The translations under genes and the position numbers were made by a program. A DNA stretch of 32,000 bases from Candidatus Binataceae bacterium (lineage in GTDB: Bacteria; Desulfobacterota; Binatia; Binatales; Binataceae): the NCBI GenBank assembly GCA_035939115.1, contig DASZGF010000197.1:1-32000 (forward strand), written 5' to 3'. Below the pieces are notes generated by a model that had not been told where the DNA came from, ran no database searches, and worked only from the letters and a program-made list of their open reading frames with translations. Below, one piece after another: positions 30,964 to 32,000 of the stretch (positions within the stretch are counted from its first letter, which is position 1; each line of letters opens with the position of its first letter).

Positions 30964-32000
30964 ATGGAAGAATACGATCTCCTCGTGCTGGGCAGCGGCA
31001 CCGGCGGCAAAATTCTTGCCGGGACATTCGCACAAAAGGGACAACGCGTGATTGTGATCGAGCGCAAATATGTGGCCGGTTCGTGCCCGAACATCGCGTG
31101 CCTGCCCAGCAAGAACATCATCCACAGCGCCAAGGTTGCGTCGTTCTTTCATCGCAGCAATGAATTCGGCATCAGCAAAGAGAATGTTCACATCGACATG
31201 GCAGCCGTGCGCGAGCGCAAGCGCAAGATGGTGACGATCGTTGTCGAGAGTTTTCGCGACCACTACTACACGAAGAGCGGCGCGGAACTGGTGATGGGCA
31301 CAGGATGTTTCGTTGGCCCGAAAACCATCGAAGTTGCCTTGAACGACGGCGGGACACGCGCATTGCGTGGCAAAAATGTAGTCGTCAACACCGGCTCGCG
31401 CTCCACGCTTGAGCCAATTCCGGGATTGGCCGAGGCGAAGCCGCTGACCCACATCGAGGCCTTTGAACTTGATCACATCCCGAAACGCCTTCTGGTTCTG
31501 GGCGCTGGTTATGTCGGACTCGAACTTGCCCAGGCCTTCCGCCGTTTCGGCGCCGAGGTCACGCTGATCGACCGCAATGGCCGCCTCGCGCACCACGAAG
31601 ACGAAGATGCCTCGCAGGGACTGGAAGAAATGTGCCGGGATGAAGGCATCACCGTCGTCACGAATGCAAAAATAACCCGCGTCGAGGGCAGCTCCGGCGA
31701 TTGGATCAGACTCCTCGGCTCGCGCGACGGAGCCAACCTTTCTCTGAAAGGCACCCACCTGCTGGTAGCCGCAGGACGTACGCCCAATACGAGCGGCATC
31801 GGCCTCGAAAAGGCGGGCGTGGAGACGACCGACCGCGGCTATGTGAAGGTGAACGAGCGTTTGCAGACGACCGCCGAGGGTGTTTGGGCCATCGGAGATT
31901 GCGCCGGAAGCCCACATTTCACACATATCTCAACCGATGATTTCAGGGTTGTGAGTGACAACATCGCCGGCGGCAATCGCGTGACGACCGGCCGCCAGGT
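30964..32000 (+). CDS. FAD-dependent pyridine nucleotide-disulfide oxidoreductase (mercuric reductase / dihydrolipoamide dehydrogenase-like), 3' end beyond the window
   Basis: Not in the ORF track because it is open-ended. My own translation from ATG 30964 gives MEEYDLLVLGSGTGGKILAGTFAQKGQRVIVIERKYVAGSCPNIACLPSKN... It has the GxGxxG FAD motif, the redox-active C-x4-C (CPNIAC), a second dinucleotide fold (LLVLGAGYVGLELA), and ...VWAIGDCAG. The 30544..31926(-) ORF is its shadow. Confidence 0.85.
   Translation, partial: MEEYDLLVLGSGTGGKILAGTFAQKGQRVIVIERKYVAGSCPNIACLPSKNIIHSAKVASFFHRSNEFGISKENVHIDMAAVRERKRKMVTIVVESFRDHYYTKSGAELVMGTGCFVGPKTIEVALNDGGTRALRGKNVVVNTGSRSTLEPIPGLAEAKPLTHIEAFELDHIPKRLLVLGAGYVGLELAQAFRRFGAEVTLIDRNGRLAHHEDEDASQGLEEMCRDEGITVVTNAKITRVEGSSGDWIRLLGSRDGANLSLKGTHLLVAAGRTPNTSGIGLEKAGVETTDRGYVKVNERLQTTAEGVWAIGDCAGSPHFTHISTDDFRVVSDNIAGGNRVTTGRQ

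Overview
This is a high-GC bacterial chromosomal segment. Hand counts of single 60-nt lines give about 72% GC at 14521-14580 and about 48% at 3061-3120. Most genes are metabolic or housekeeping genes on the minus strand.

Left edge: the 5' part of a phage-type tyrosine integrase gene (1-460, minus strand, absent from the ORF track because it is open-ended), followed by a chimeric gene remnant.

Right side: a decayed ISL3 insertion sequence (about 29486-30936), then an open-ended FAD-dependent disulfide oxidoreductase gene (30964 onward).

Genes I recognise between them:
- acetolactate decarboxylase with an extra ribbon-helix-helix (RHH) N-terminus
- a low-GC three-gene membrane module: GT4 glycosyltransferase, a TM-aminotransferase-DUF962 fusion, and a PEMT-type lipid N-methyltransferase
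- a VOC protein, a serine hydrolase and two YciI proteins
- two LLM oxidoreductases, a TPR lipoprotein and ilvA
- a Zn-ADH and a MerR-TPR regulator
- archaeal-type ribH coupled to hisF-hisH
- an orphan RHH protein and an HNMT-like methyltransferase
- cyclase, alpha/beta hydrolase and crotonase genes
- a large Ser/Thr kinase, and an acyl-CoA dehydrogenase

Best candidates for something new:
1. The coupled GT4 / aminotransferase-Mpo1-like / PEMT module, bracketed by about 90-bp inverted repeats. It may make an N-methylated amino- or glyco-lipid.
2. The Ser/Thr kinase, which lacks the beta3 lysine but carries a lysine in the glycine loop exactly as WNK kinases do. It is fused to a zinc ribbon, a TM bundle, BON and PDZ.
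3. Two intergenic repeat systems: GTAG-headed REP/REPIN hairpins, and a heptad-periodic purine/pyrimidine inverted-repeat family whose TGAGAA units supply the stop codons of four genes.

All homology calls come from motif recognition by eye. No database search was possible.
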